A stretch of 63,936 nucleotides of DNA, the filler included, from Octopus bimaculoides (taxonomy: Eukaryota): NCBI RefSeq assembly GCF_001194135.2. It is 8 parts of 7 records of this genome, joined end to end, with 100 filler letters (N's around TTAATTAATTAA, not from the genome) between each part and the next. Parts side by side here need not be neighbours in the genome. Positions count along the whole stretch, not along the records: positions 11,290 to 33,635 come from NC_068989.1; positions 33,736 to 47,731 come from NC_069000.1; 6 more parts are not named here. One strand, given 5' to 3'. Made by a program: the position numbers and the translations under genes. Position 1 is the stretch's first letter; each line of letters starts with the position of its first letter. Of this stretch, positions 26,096 through 38,115 are shown one piece after another. Below the pieces are notes generated by a model. That model worked only from the letters and a program-made list of their open reading frames with translations. It searched no databases and was not told the DNA's origin.

Positions 26096-26403
26096 TCATA
26101 AGACGATGGTAGCGGATTGAATTCCAACTTCATTATCTTGCATATAATCGGAGTCGACTTTATCCTCGAGACCTGGAACTATTCGTACCATATCGTCCAC
26201 ATGCGCGTTGCGAAGAAGATACAGTGAGATTCCAAACACCGCCGCCATTTCCGACGTAATGAAAGAGACGCCGGCAAAGAAAAATGACCAACCATAGAAA
26301 TAGGAGAATTTTGGTTCTTCAACGCCAGCCAACTTGGCTCGGTGGCCAACTTCATCATTCACTGCAGATATATATAATATAATTCCAACAGATAGAGCCA
26401 GAC
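26096..26403 (-). CDS. CACNG5: Last coding exon of a TARP/stargazin-family protein (voltage-dependent calcium channel gamma-5/7-like; PMP22/claudin superfamily): end of TM3, extracellular loop 2, TM4 and a short C-tail
   Basis: Acceptor ttcctttctttttttcAG (AG at 26405-26404), phase 1, then (G)LALSVGIILYISAVNDEVGHRAKLAGVEEPKFSYFYGWSFFFAGVSFITSEMAAVFGISLYLLRN...QSATIVL-TGA (26098-26096). This matches the CACNG5/7 pattern GLSLVVGLVLYISSINDE...YKYGWSFAFAAISFLLTE. Gamma-5 versus gamma-7 orthology cannot be resolved from one exon. Confidence 0.9.
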
Positions 26404-26453
26404 CTGAAAAAAAGAAAGGAAGAAATTAATTATACAGGGCAAAGCAAATACAA

Positions 26454-26498
<45 letters not shown>

Positions 26499-26879
26499 TG
26501 TGTGTATAGATGTCACGAAGGACAGTAATCAGCACCATTATTCGCTAGAAGTCAGAACAACTCTATATTTATATACATATGTATTTACATACATACATAC
26601 ATGCATGCATGCACGCATACGTATATGCACACATACATACGTACATACATACATACGTACATACATACATACATACATACATGCATGCACACATACATAT
26701 ATGCACACATTCATACATACATGCATATATACATACATACATACACATATATACGTACGTATATAATACAGAATGGGACAAGGACGCAAAACATCCAGAC
26801 AGTTAGGTGATACAAGAATGGGGCAAAACATCCAGATAGAGATATAAGGAAACACGGACATGTCATTCGGAGTTTTCTT

Positions 26880-26952
26880 TCTTCAGTCGAGATCCAGATT
26901 ATCCTTGCAATTTCGGCTGGTTATTCTCGATATTGCTCCAATCTGGCCAGCC
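26880..26952 (-). ncRNA. Candidate hammerhead-like RNA with reversed strand order (pseudoknotted)
   Basis: Minus strand: GGCUGG CCAGAUUG GA GCAAU A | UCGAGA AUAA CCAGCC GAAAUUGC AAGGA UAAUCUGG A UCUCGA CUGAAGA. Stem III (GCAAU/AUUGC) and stem I (UCGAGA/UCUCGA) abut the GAAA, UH and CUGANGA cores exactly. A conventional stem II after CUGAAGA is not supported in this copy. Confidence 0.45.
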
Positions 26953-27757
26953 CCAAGGAAAAGCTAAGCTAAGAGCATTAGATTCCTTGGAAGAATGCAG
27001 CGAATGTATACAAAAACAAGGACGGAAAACAATGAACAATGTTACACAAATACAATAAAAATAATAAAACAGGACACAACAACAGTTATCTTTCGACTAA
27101 GGACGAATTAAATTAAGCTGGCGTGTGTGGAAATAAGGCCTTACAGCAGGAATACAAGATTTCACAAGCACAGTGGGGAATAACGATGTTGCACGCACAA
27201 CGGCCGGCCAAGAAAGAAAGATCAGGCTTGGCCGAACACCGGTCACGTGGGAAGAGAAGAGAGAGAGGGGTAGAGGCAGAGGGACAAAAGAATTAGGCAG
27301 GGGCGAAAAAAAATGACAGGGACACAGTGAAGTGAAAAGTGGAGGGAAAGAAGAGTACTGAATGTGAGTACTGAAATGTGAGTATCAGCGGCTAGAACAG
27401 GCAATGAAAATTAAAATTTTTTTTCATAAAAGAAGAGTATATAATTGTGAATAAATCACAATTATAACTGAGAGGGTCATAAAAACTCTTACCTGCCAGA
27501 AGAATGGATCTACTTTTGGGTCCTAACTTCGAAATTGCAATAGAGGACTAACCATTTATTTTTATTTAGATTTTGAATTTTTATGTCATGTTGCTCGTCG
27601 ACAGTTTTTATAGTTGAGAAGATATAATATGAGTAGTTATAGTGGCTTTATAGCGTTTTTGACTGCTATTTCTAGGCATGTAAGGGTTTTTAATAGCCCC
27701 TTCGTTATAATTGTGATTTGTTCAAAATTATACACTCTATGTATAAATATATGTATT

Positions 27758-27846
<89 letters not shown>

Positions 27847-28320
27847 GTGCGTACACACGCAAACACGTACAGGGATTTGCTTCCCTGCTCGCAATATCTT
27901 AGATGCAGTTGTGCATCATTAACCAGCTAGAGGAGGTGCCCTCTGGAGGTTAAAAAATCGTAGTAAAGTTCGTTTGAACAAATAGCCATGTTGAAGCGGC
28001 TACGAACATTACTTATATACTTATGTATGTATATCAAACTTTTACAAGGAAAAATTTGACAGTGACTTCAAACTTTCAGCTGTTTGTCTCTGTCAGACTT
28101 CCCCACCTGGACGGGGCGCCAGCCCGTCGTAGGATGACTCATTTTGGCAGCTGAGTGGACTGGAGCAACGTGAAATGAAGTGTTTTCCTCAAGGACACAA
28201 CGCATCGCCTAGTCCAGGAATTGAAACAACAAACTTAAGCTCATGAGTCCAACACTCTAACCACTAGGCACGCGCCTCCACAGCAGTTTTGTGGGAGTGG
28301 GGGGCTAGTCCTTGGATGTT

Positions 28321-28480
28321 TTTCTCGTCTTCTTGTCCAGTCTTTTCTCGTCTTCTTGTCCAGTCTTTCCTCGTCTTCTTGTCCAGTCTTTTCTCGTCTT
28401 CTTGTCCAGTCTTTTCTCGTCTTCTTGTCCAGTCTTTTCTCGTCTTCTTGTCCAGTCTTTTCTCGTCTTCCTGTCCAGTC
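28321..28480 (-). repeat. 23-bp minisatellite (gactggacaagaagacgagaaaa) x~7 at the broken end of the RT fragment
   Basis: Direct inspection; the unit tcttcttgtccagtcttttctcg is repeated on plus with two substitutions. Confidence 0.92.
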
Positions 28481-29400
28481 AATGATGTTCAAACTGTATT
28501 GGAGTACTAGTAGTGCCACGGTGTTAATGGCTTCGATGCGATTTTTCGAGATGAGTTCAGTCTTCAGTACAAGTCTTATACCCCTTTAGAACTCCACTCT
28601 TATTTTTTCCTTTATAGTAACATGATGTATACCATCCACTTCGTTTATCCCTCGGTATTTATAACTTTCTTGTGGGTCAAGATCCTTGATGGTAGCATCG
28701 GTATCTAATTTAATGGAAACTGTTTGTCTGAGCTTGCCTGTTACAAATATTGCTTTTATGACATTTATCGAGGCCAAAATCCAGTCATTGCTAAATTCTT
28801 TAACAATTACTAAAAGCCCTACTAGCTTTTGGTCATTCCTAGCAAACAACTTCAGATCGTCCATATAAAACTGATGGTTTATTATAGTATTAAGCATTTT
28901 GTACCCATACTTAGTGTTAATCAGTTCGTTTCAGAGCGGGATCAGTGCCATGCAAAAAATAATGGAAGGAAGGATTCACCTTGGAAGATGTCTCGTTTGA
29001 TGTTGATGTTTTGGATTGGCTCATCCCATTTCTAAGATTTGGAAAGAGACGTGTGTTCCACTTGGGATTGCTATCTTGTAAGAATTTGGAGACGACAGGA
29101 AAGATCTTGTATATCTCGAGGGCCTTGAGTAGCCATTTATGTGGGACACTATCAGACGCTTTCCTGTTGTCTATCCATGCCATATTCAGGTTCTTGTTCT
29201 TGCTCCGGCAATTCTTTACAATCAATCTATTTATGGTCTTTACACCCATAAGAATTTCGTTTACAACCCTTTTGAGCTTGTGAAGTTCTGTTCAAGGAAA
29301 GCGTATATTCTTTCAATTAGTATAGATGTGAGAATTTTGCAGGTGGTGTTGAGACGTTATTGGTCGGTAGTTCATCAGACATTTTGTATCTTCAGTTTTT
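28463..29400 (-). mobile_element. R4/Dong-like non-LTR retrotransposon RT fragment, decayed
   Basis: NYRPIT, NLNMAWIDNRKASDSVPHKWL, INHQFYMDDLKLFARND, ESYKYRGINE and VLKTELISKNRIEAINTVALLVLQYSLNIIDWT occur in the expected order, with frameshifts. Confidence 0.9.
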
Positions 29401-29408
29401 AGTAGTTG

Positions 29409-29488
<80 letters not shown>

Positions 29489-29725
29489 GTTGTTGTTGTT
29501 GTTTAAGGCAGCGAGCTGGATGGAATGCTTAGCGGTATTTCGCCCGTCGCTACGTTCTGAGTTCAAATTCCATCGAGGTCAACTTTTCTTTTCATCCTTT
29601 CAGGGTCTATAAATTAAGTACCAGTAAAACACTGGGATCGATGTAATCGACTTACCCTCCCCCAAAATGGCTGCTCTTGTGGCAAGATTTGAAACCTTTA
29701 TTATTATTATTGCATTCATTCTGGG

Positions 29726-29765
<40 letters not shown>

Positions 29766-31319
29766 GCATTCACTCAATGTTTTGTTATGTTTATCCTAAA
29801 AGGAATCTTTACATATTTTTGTCTACAATTTTGTAGATATTGATTCACAATTTAGGAGTGTAGTTTTTTTCTTTTATGATGTCCCTGCTACAGAACGGGA
29901 TCACCATTGAACGTTTGCTATTTTTTTTGTAGAAGATTCTGTTTTTCTTTTATATTAAAAAAACATGGATTCCAATGATAACATCACAATGTCCGTATGG
30001 AAGCAGTTGCGAAAGACAAGAGAAATGATGTAAAGAGAAAGAAAGAGAGAGAAAGGGAAGGAGAGAGAGAAGTAGCGAATCCACAATAATTAAAAATGAC
30101 AACAACAGTAACATGCTAACAACCACCAATGTTGCCGCCATAGCAACTAAAACCATTGACGTCACTATGAAAGCAGATGCTACCGCTATTACATTGGCGT
30201 TGCTGCAAAGACATGCTAACGAGATTTACACTGCTATTTGCAACAACAACAGCAGCAGCAACAACAACAAGAACTAGAATAGCAATAGTATTAGCAACAA
30301 CAAGAACAAAAATAGCAATAGTATTAGCAACAACATGACTATAACGATGAGATTAGAGAGCAGAGTTTATCTTTTATTTGTATAGTGAGCAAACGGACAT
30401 TCCACTGGCTCGAGGGGAAATCAGAAACTATTGAAAAATACAAGAACGACATTATACACCCTGAAAGGTGGGATATAATGTCTCCCTGGGATGCTTTGTG
30501 TGGCGGAGGTGAGCAGTACTAAAAACAAAGACTAGTCTTTACAGTTGCATCAATCGTAAAGAACGTACTTTGCAGTGTCTAACTCAAGCGCGATTAGAAA
30601 AATAGATGAAAGAGATATGGACAACAGTAGAACGTCTAACAAAAAGGAAACAGCACAGAAGGGCGGAGAATCTTTGTAAAAACGAACGAGAAGCTGGAAG
30701 AGTAGTCACAACCACATGACATCCAAGAATTTATGATGATCCAATTTTATATATAGTATCTCGGGTGACAAAAGTAAGAGACAACTATGTGCCACATAAC
30801 AGGGACCAAACCATAGTAGAGGAACACGAAGGCGGGGAGCTGACAGAAATGTTAGCACGCAGGGCAAAATGTTTAGCGGTATTTCGTCAGTCTTTACGTT
30901 CTGAGTTCAAATTCCGCCGAGGTCGACTTTGCCTTTCATCCTTTCAGGGTTGATAAATTAAGTACCATTTGCGTACTGAGTCAATCTAATCTACTGGCCC
31001 CCTCCCTAAAATTTCGGGCCTTGAGCCTAGGGTAGAAAAGAATAGTAAAGGAACACGGGTAAGTTATAGAATTTAAGTCTAATGTCAGAAAATTTGAATG
31101 GCAATGTTACTAGATTTCCAAGTGTTGGTTGCACCTAGGTATCTTCCAGATATCTCCGAATATTTTTGTTTCGAAGTGTTACATTAGTGGCAAAGTAGAT
31201 TATTACAGAGATATCTTCTCCAGTGAGGAGAAACGAGAACTGAGTGTTTCTCTCTACCACTGTTTCCGACTCACCGATTGATGAAGCTACAAAAAACTCC
31301 CCAAAAAACTACAATGCAA

Positions 31320-31590
31320 ATAGTCACAATAACAGAAACAAAACTTCTACTACAGAAACTCAATGTTATTCATGAAGAGTACTCCTAGCATAAACAAAAG
31401 TAAGGAGAAACACAAGAAGAAAAAAATATCCTCAATACCTTCCGATTCATCATATGAATCAAGAAGAACCAGATGTTCGAAATTACAAGCAAACATGAAT
31501 CCAACAGCAACAATAGGAAGAGAAGCTACAATGATCACAAACAATAGAAATAGAATCGAATGGCGTGACATTACTGTTTTGGAAAGATCT
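31320..31590 (+). mobile_element. Highly decayed LINE (RTE-like) RT fragment
   Basis: LLLQKLNVIHEEY, SINKSK and IGREA in shifting frames resemble the RT region downstream of YADD; weak. Confidence 0.35.
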
Positions 31591-32400
31591 GGATTTAGAG
31601 GTAAGTACGCTTGTCCTAGACACGGCTCTTAAGTCGGGCAATAAACTTTATATGTTGCTCTATTTAACACCAATATCTGCTCCTTGGTTGCGTTTAGTAG
31701 AATTTCCTCTATTACACACATTTCCTCTATTACACACATAACCAGGCCTCTGATTCCCTCTTTACCTACGTTTTTCCTGTGGAAATTTACCCTGTGAATG
31801 TTTTAGTTTGGCATCAGATTGCATCGATCTCACTACCCTTGGAAGACGGCCTACAAATGTTTGATTAATGAAAATAAAATTTAAAAAAGAGCAAAAAACC
31901 CCCCCCAAAAAAGGAACGTTTGATAAGATATGATTTCTTGGAATCTTTGTTCAAAGCCATTTGCAATAATATCCTTGCAAATATTCGTGCTTAAACGACA
32001 CTAGCTTTATCAAAATTTGCAAAGAAATTTTTGATTTTCCTGTTGTGAAACTTAAAGCCATAAATTTCTTTCTATAATTGTAAAATACCATAAATCTATT
32101 GTAAATGAAGATGTGTTAGGTTGGATATTAATAAAGAATGGTTCATTTATAGGGTTTGTGTAAATAACGAGAAACGGGCAACAATGGGTTTCTCATAAAT
32201 AGATCTTGTTTGAGTTTTGGATTATCTTTTGCTTGTTTGTTTCGAAAATTCCTAAGCAATATTACATTGCCTTATTTATGTTTTACAGATCCCTCAAAAG
32301 ATATGATAAATTTGCTATACAATCTACATATATCTCTTCATAGATGTCTAAAAATCCATGGGTCAGAAAATAATTACCTTATTAGTTAATAGGGTAGGCA

Positions 32401-32481
<81 letters not shown>

Positions 32482-32482
<1 letters not shown>

Positions 32483-32619
32483 GAGAGAGCAATGCATGCC
32501 AACAAAGTCAGACTGGGGTAAAATATACGAAGCCCAAAATACCCATCATGACTACCCGTCTGATAAGGGTATACCAGACACATGCATCACAACCATATGT
32601 GCATGACATGGTGATCTCA

Positions 32620-32650
<31 letters not shown>

Positions 32651-33205
32651 GAGTGAAAGAGCAGTGCAGGCCATCACAATGACGCTAAGGTTAAATATAC
32701 GAAGCCCAGTATACCCATCATGATTACCCGTCTGATAAGGGTACACGAGGCACATGCATCACAACCATATATGCGCGACGTCGTGATCTCATATCAAGAC
32801 AAACAGCGCATTACCTTGCAGGTGGGGCCCAGTTAGAATTTTCTTCAGATTGGGTAGCCCATTCTGCTCAAAAGGCTCCTGAATAAGGATTTCTTAAGGA
32901 TGTTGAACGAAACACCCATGTTTCCAGAAGTGAATTATTCAAACCACGAAGAATTCCTCTCAATACATGGCTATGATGCTCCCCCCCCCCACTACTTCTG
33001 CTCATGATCAGAGTTGCACTTATCATCAGCCACTAAGGGAAATGCTCAACTGGTTAAGGTCAAGCAACTGACAAGCAAATCTGTTGGTATTGAGCAGAAT
33101 ATTTGGTGTAGCCCATCTTTTATACCAAGAGAGAAAGCACGTACATGATAATACTTCCAATCAGTTAAGATCAAAAGCCATGAGAGCCACTGCTTGGTAC
33201 TGCAT
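32482..33205 (-). mobile_element. Unclassified dispersed repeat with a partial tandem duplication and (AAT)n tails
   Basis: The ~140-bp segment 32482-32620 is repeated at about 32655-32792; each copy is bounded on its left by (TAT)n, consistent with a retroposon 3' end on minus. Confidence 0.6.
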
Positions 33206-33209
33206 CTAT

Positions 33210-33635
33210 TATTATTATCATCATCATCATTATCATTATTACTATTGTTATTATTATTATTATTATTCAGTAGTTTTATTTTTATAACGTGCTTTCACTT
33301 CACTACCGAGCGCAGCTCTGTGCGCCTTGGGTATGTGCTGTGGTTTGCTGTGGTGCTCTTATGTTTACTGTATTGAAAGTGTTTTGCGTAGAATGTGTGC
33401 AGTACCCAGTAGTGCAATTTTCTGTATGTTATATATATTTGTAAGTCCTGGTGTTTTTGTTATGTATTTGTCTGAATATTTTTTTATTATACCTAAGGCA
33501 CCTACTATGATAGGAATTGTTTCTGTTTTTAGATTCCACATTCGAGTTATCTCTATTTCCAGGTCTTTGTATTTTGAAAGTTTTTCCATTTCTTTTAGAG
33601 AAACGTTGTCATCTGCTGGTATTGAAACATCAATT
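33210..33635 (-). mobile_element. R4/Dong-like element 3' end: RLE endonuclease C-terminus, 3' UTR and (AAT)n tail
   Basis: EKLSKYKDLEIEITRMWNLKTETIPIIVGALGIIKK...IQKIALLGTAHILRKTLSIQ*, followed by a UTR and (TAA/TGA)n. Confidence 0.88.
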
Positions 33636-34464
33636 NNNNNNNNNNNNNNNNNNNNNNNNNNNNNNNNNNNNNNNNNNNNTTAATTAATTAANNNNNNNNN
33701 NNNNNNNNNNNNNNNNNNNNNNNNNNNNNNNNNNNTATATATATATATATATATATATGTATATGTATGTATGTATGTATGTATATATGTTGGTATAAAG
33801 AAACATAATTAGAGGTATTATAGATAATGATTTAGAAGCTTTTGTAATTATCTTTTTATGTAGAAATATATATTGAAATTTAGTTTGAAATGATATATTT
33901 ATATTTAGTATTATATTTATAATATACTAACTATATTTGTTATATTTATATTTAAAGCTGTATTCAATTAACTTTTTATTCAGAGATATATATATTAGAA
34001 TTTAGTTTATGTTATATTTATAATTTTGTAGATATCTTGCATAATTAAGGTATTTCAATATTTCAATATATGATCTTATGTAATAAAACTTCAATTGTAA
34101 GAATTGAAGCACACCAACAAAAACATTAAGCAAAGTCCAAATGCAGGATTGGGTCAAACAGGAATTTTTTTGTCTAATTACTGTTGTTTACTTCCTCCGA
34201 TTTGCACAGACTGAGCAAACCAATGACCAAATGAGATTATGACCATTATGGTGATCATTACAGCCGTGTCTTTTATTCAGACATCATGCTTCGAGGCACA
34301 AGGCATGGCTGTTTGGTCAGAAGCTTGTTTCACTTCACAACCACATGGTTCTGGATTCACTCCAACTGTGAGGCACTTCTGTGCAAGTGACTTCTGCTTT
34401 AGCCCTGGGCTAACTGAAGCCTTCTAAGTGGATTTCACTGATGGAAACTGAAAGAAGCTCATCA

Positions 34465-34840
34465 GAGGCACAGATGTGGCTATCTGGTAAGAAGCTTGCT
34501 TCCCAACAACATGGTTTCAGGTTCAGTCCTACGGTGTGGTGCCTTGGGCAAGTATCTTCTACTATAACTTTGGATCAAGCAAAGCATTGTAAGCAGATTT
34601 TGTTGACAGAAACTGAAAGAAGCCTGTCATGTGTGTGTGTTTGTCCATCACCACCACTTGACAACCAGTGTTAATTGCTTATGTCTCCATAACTTGGCAG
34701 TTTGGCAAAAAGAGACTGATGTAATAAGTAGCTGGCTTAAAAGAAAAAGAAATAAGTACCAGGGCTGATTCATTTGACTAACAGTTCTTCAAGGCAGTGC
34801 TCCTGCATGGCCGCAGTCTAATGGCTGAAACAAGTAAAAG
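34465..34840 (+). mobile_element. SINE family A copy, preceded by a truncated head at 34290-34460
   Basis: Family A head, body and tail are all recognisable. Confidence 0.8.
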
Positions 34841-34847
34841 AGATAAA

Positions 34848-34883
<36 letters not shown>

Positions 34884-35254
34884 ATATGAATGTGCATATG
34901 TGTGTGTCTTCTTGTCCTGATGTCATGTGATAGTTGTAAAATGAGTGTCTCTGTCATACAAGCAATGTCATTCGTTTCCATTATTCTGCAAAAACATGTC
35001 TGGTCATGGGGAAATATTGGTCTCAAATTTTGGTAACAAGGCCAGCAAATTTGAGGCAAGGAATAAGTCAATCTCATCAATCTCAGGGTCCAACCAGTAC
35101 TTATTTTATTGACCCTGAAAGGATGAAAGGCAAAGTCAACCTTGGCAGAATTTGAACTCAGAACATAAAGACAGGCAAAATGCTGCAAAGCAACTTGCCT
35201 GGTGTGCTAATGATTCTGCCAGCTTACTGACTTAATAATAATATCATCATCATC

Positions 35255-35640
35255 ATCATCATTTAACGTCCGCTTTCCATGCTAGCATGGGTTGGACGAT
35301 TTGACTGAGGACTGGCAAACCAGATGGCTACACCAGGCTCCAATCTGATCTGGCAGAGTTTCTACAGCTGGATGCCCTTCCTAACGCCAACCACTCTGAG
35401 AGTGTAGTGGGTGCTTTTACGTGTCACCAGCACGAGGGCCAGTCACACAGTACTGGCAACGGCCACGCTCAAAATGATGTTTTTTACGTGCCACTTGCAC
35501 AGGAGTCAGTCCAGCGGCACTGGCAACAACCTCGCTCGAATGTTTTGTTCACATGCCATCTGGCACAAGTGCCAGTAAGGTGTCGCTGGTAACGATCATG
35601 CTCAAATGGTGCTTTTTACGTGTCACCGGCACGGAAGCCA
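35255..35640 (-). mobile_element. SINE family D (diagnostic ctggatgcccttcctaacgccaacc; (ATG)n tail)
   Basis: Relatives at 35690-35820(+), 36045-36200(-), 38520-38705(+), 52700-52815(-) and 57390-57635(+). Confidence 0.75.
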
Positions 35641-35819
35641 GACTGCATTTTTTCTGGTGTGTTAGCGATTCTGCCAGCTCACCGCCTTAACCATGGGGAA
35701 ATATAGTACCTTGCTTGGAAATAGGTGAGAGTAGGTTACAGGAAGGGCATGCAACCATAGAAAATTTGCTTCAATAAACTCCATCGAACCTAAGTAAGCA
35801 TGGAAAAGGGACGTTAAAA

Positions 35820-35837
35820 TCATCACCATCCTGATCG

Positions 35838-35883
<46 letters not shown>

Positions 35884-36045
35884 TGTCATCATTGTCATCA
35901 TCTTCATCGTCGTTGTCGTCGTCATCATCATCATCATCGTCATCATCATCATCACCATCATTGTCGTCATCATCATCATCGCCATCATCATCGTCATCAT
36001 CATCATTAACATCATCGTCATCGTCGTCGTCATCATCGTCATCAT
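35820..36045 (+). repeat. (ATC/GTC)n microsatellite between two family D SINE tails
   Basis: Direct inspection. Confidence 0.9.
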
Positions 36046-37414
36046 TTAACATCCATTTCTCATGCTGGCATGGGTTAGCTGGTTTGATTGGAACTAGTAA
36101 GCCGGAGAGCTGTACCAAGCTCCATTCTGGTATGGCTGGATGCCCTTCCGAACAACCAGCCACTCCAAGAGTGTAGCGGGCGCCTCTAACATGTCACTGA
36201 CACGGGTGCCTTTAATATGTCACTCACACAGGCCATGGGTTTGATTTGAAATTTCAAATGAGGATTTTGCTTTTAATGATCATTTAAAAAAGACTAGATG
36301 GTATGGTTCGAGTAAGATTTAGCTGTTATTTCTAACAGACCGAAGAATCAAGAAAAGGCTGCTTTCTTTTGCTCCTCTTTTTGTTTTATTTAATGTGAAT
36401 CAAAGCCTTAGAAAGTTTGAATCTCTATGCTGTATTAAACGGTGGCTCTATGGCAATAAGGCACAGATAGCATCAGCAATTAGCTTATCAGTTGTATTCC
36501 TTCCACAGAGGATGAAGAATATCAACTATTGTTAACAACTATTGTTGTTAACCTTATCAATGAGATTAGAAAGTTCCTGATGTTCTTTACTCAGCAATTT
36601 AGGAGAAAATACTTGACGTTTCACTAACTCAGCTTGCATTCAAAGCAACACTGCATTGTAGATAGATGCATAAATGCATACATACATACATACAAATACA
36701 CATATGCATACACACATTTATGTGATTGTATGTGTGTGTGTATGTGCTTGTGTGAATGTATATATGTATATGTGTGTGCATGCATGTGTGTCTGTGAGTG
36801 TGTGTATGTATGTATGTATGTATGTATGTATGTATGTGTGTGTGTAATTGTATGTACGTATAACTATGTATGATGGATGTATGCATATATGCATGTATAT
36901 ATGTATGTATGTGTGTGTATGTGTATAAGTGTGGTATGTACATATGTATGTATGTATGTATGAATGTATGTATGTATGTATGTATGTGCATATGTATGTA
37001 TGTATGTATGTATGAATGTATAAACAATTGCATGCAGTAGATCGGTAGATTACTGAGTGAGTTGAACACATGATAATCAGAATATTCATGAGAAGTAGAT
37101 GGATGGTAAGGATGAGGGGCGTGGATAGGTATGCAGATTGATGTATAAATGCGGACAGAGAGGTAGACAGATTAGAGAGAGAGAGGAGAGAGAGAGAGAG
37201 GGGAGAGAGAGAGAGGNNNNNNNNNNNNNNNNNNNNNNNNNNNNNNNNNNNNNNNNNNNNNNNNNNNNNNNNNNNNNNNNNNNNNNNNNNNNNNNNNNNN
37301 NNNNNNNNNNNNNNNNNNNNNNNNNNNNNNNNNNNNNNNNNNNNNNNNNNNNNNNNNNNNNNNNNNNNNNNNNNNNNNNNNNNNNATAAATGCGGACAGA
37401 GAGGTAGACAGATT

Positions 37415-37445
<31 letters not shown>

Positions 37446-37859
37446 AGAATGCTCGGTGGAAAAGTGAGTTGAATCTTATCGATAGACAAGACCTTCAATG
37501 AGAATTATAAACAATAAACCAGAAGATGAAGGGATAGTGACGGTGGTGGTAGTGGTGGTGGTGGTGGTTGTAGTGATGGTAGTGAAAGAGATGACAAAGA
37601 AGATGACAGCTGTGGCATTGGCTGTGATGATGATTATCAAGACTGGTGTCATTGTTTTCATTTAACTCCAGATTGAATTAGATTGAGTCGATCCTATGAA
37701 CGAAGGCTTTTCAGTTCTGACGATCCCCTCTCGCTTAGACCTTCTAGGACAACATTATATAAAGTATGTCCTTCCCCTTTTTTAAAAATATATTACAGTG
37801 GGTCTCAACCAAAGTCCATGTAGCCCTTGAGGGTATACATAAGATTTTGCTGTTAAATT

Positions 37860-38115
37860 TCGTTTTGGATTTTGTTTGCAAGATTCTTTTATGTGAGTTC
37901 GCGTGTTGAAGCATATTCTATTGTATCTGAGCGGAGTCATTCTCTTTTAGTGCCTTATAATTTAACACACTCACCGGTAAAATTTCCACTTATTTCTTTT
38001 TTATTTTTCTAAAATTTTCATTGCATCTTGCAACCTTTTCAATAGTTTTGGCTCAAAGTGTGTTAAATTATAAGGCACCAAAAGAGAATCACTCTCCCCA
38101 GACACAACAGAATTT
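37860..38115. mobile_element. Palindromic foldback/MITE-like element, partial
   Basis: attctcttttagtgccttataatttaacacact (about 37939-37971) is inverted at about 38056-38088. Confidence 0.65.

Noticed and set aside
27492-27548. Strong donor CAG|GTAAG with phase-1 frame SSIAISKLGPKSRSILLAG as the preceding TARP exon
   Set aside because: In-frame stop immediately upstream, no polypyrimidine acceptor, and the conserved GIFFILSG-type segment is missing.
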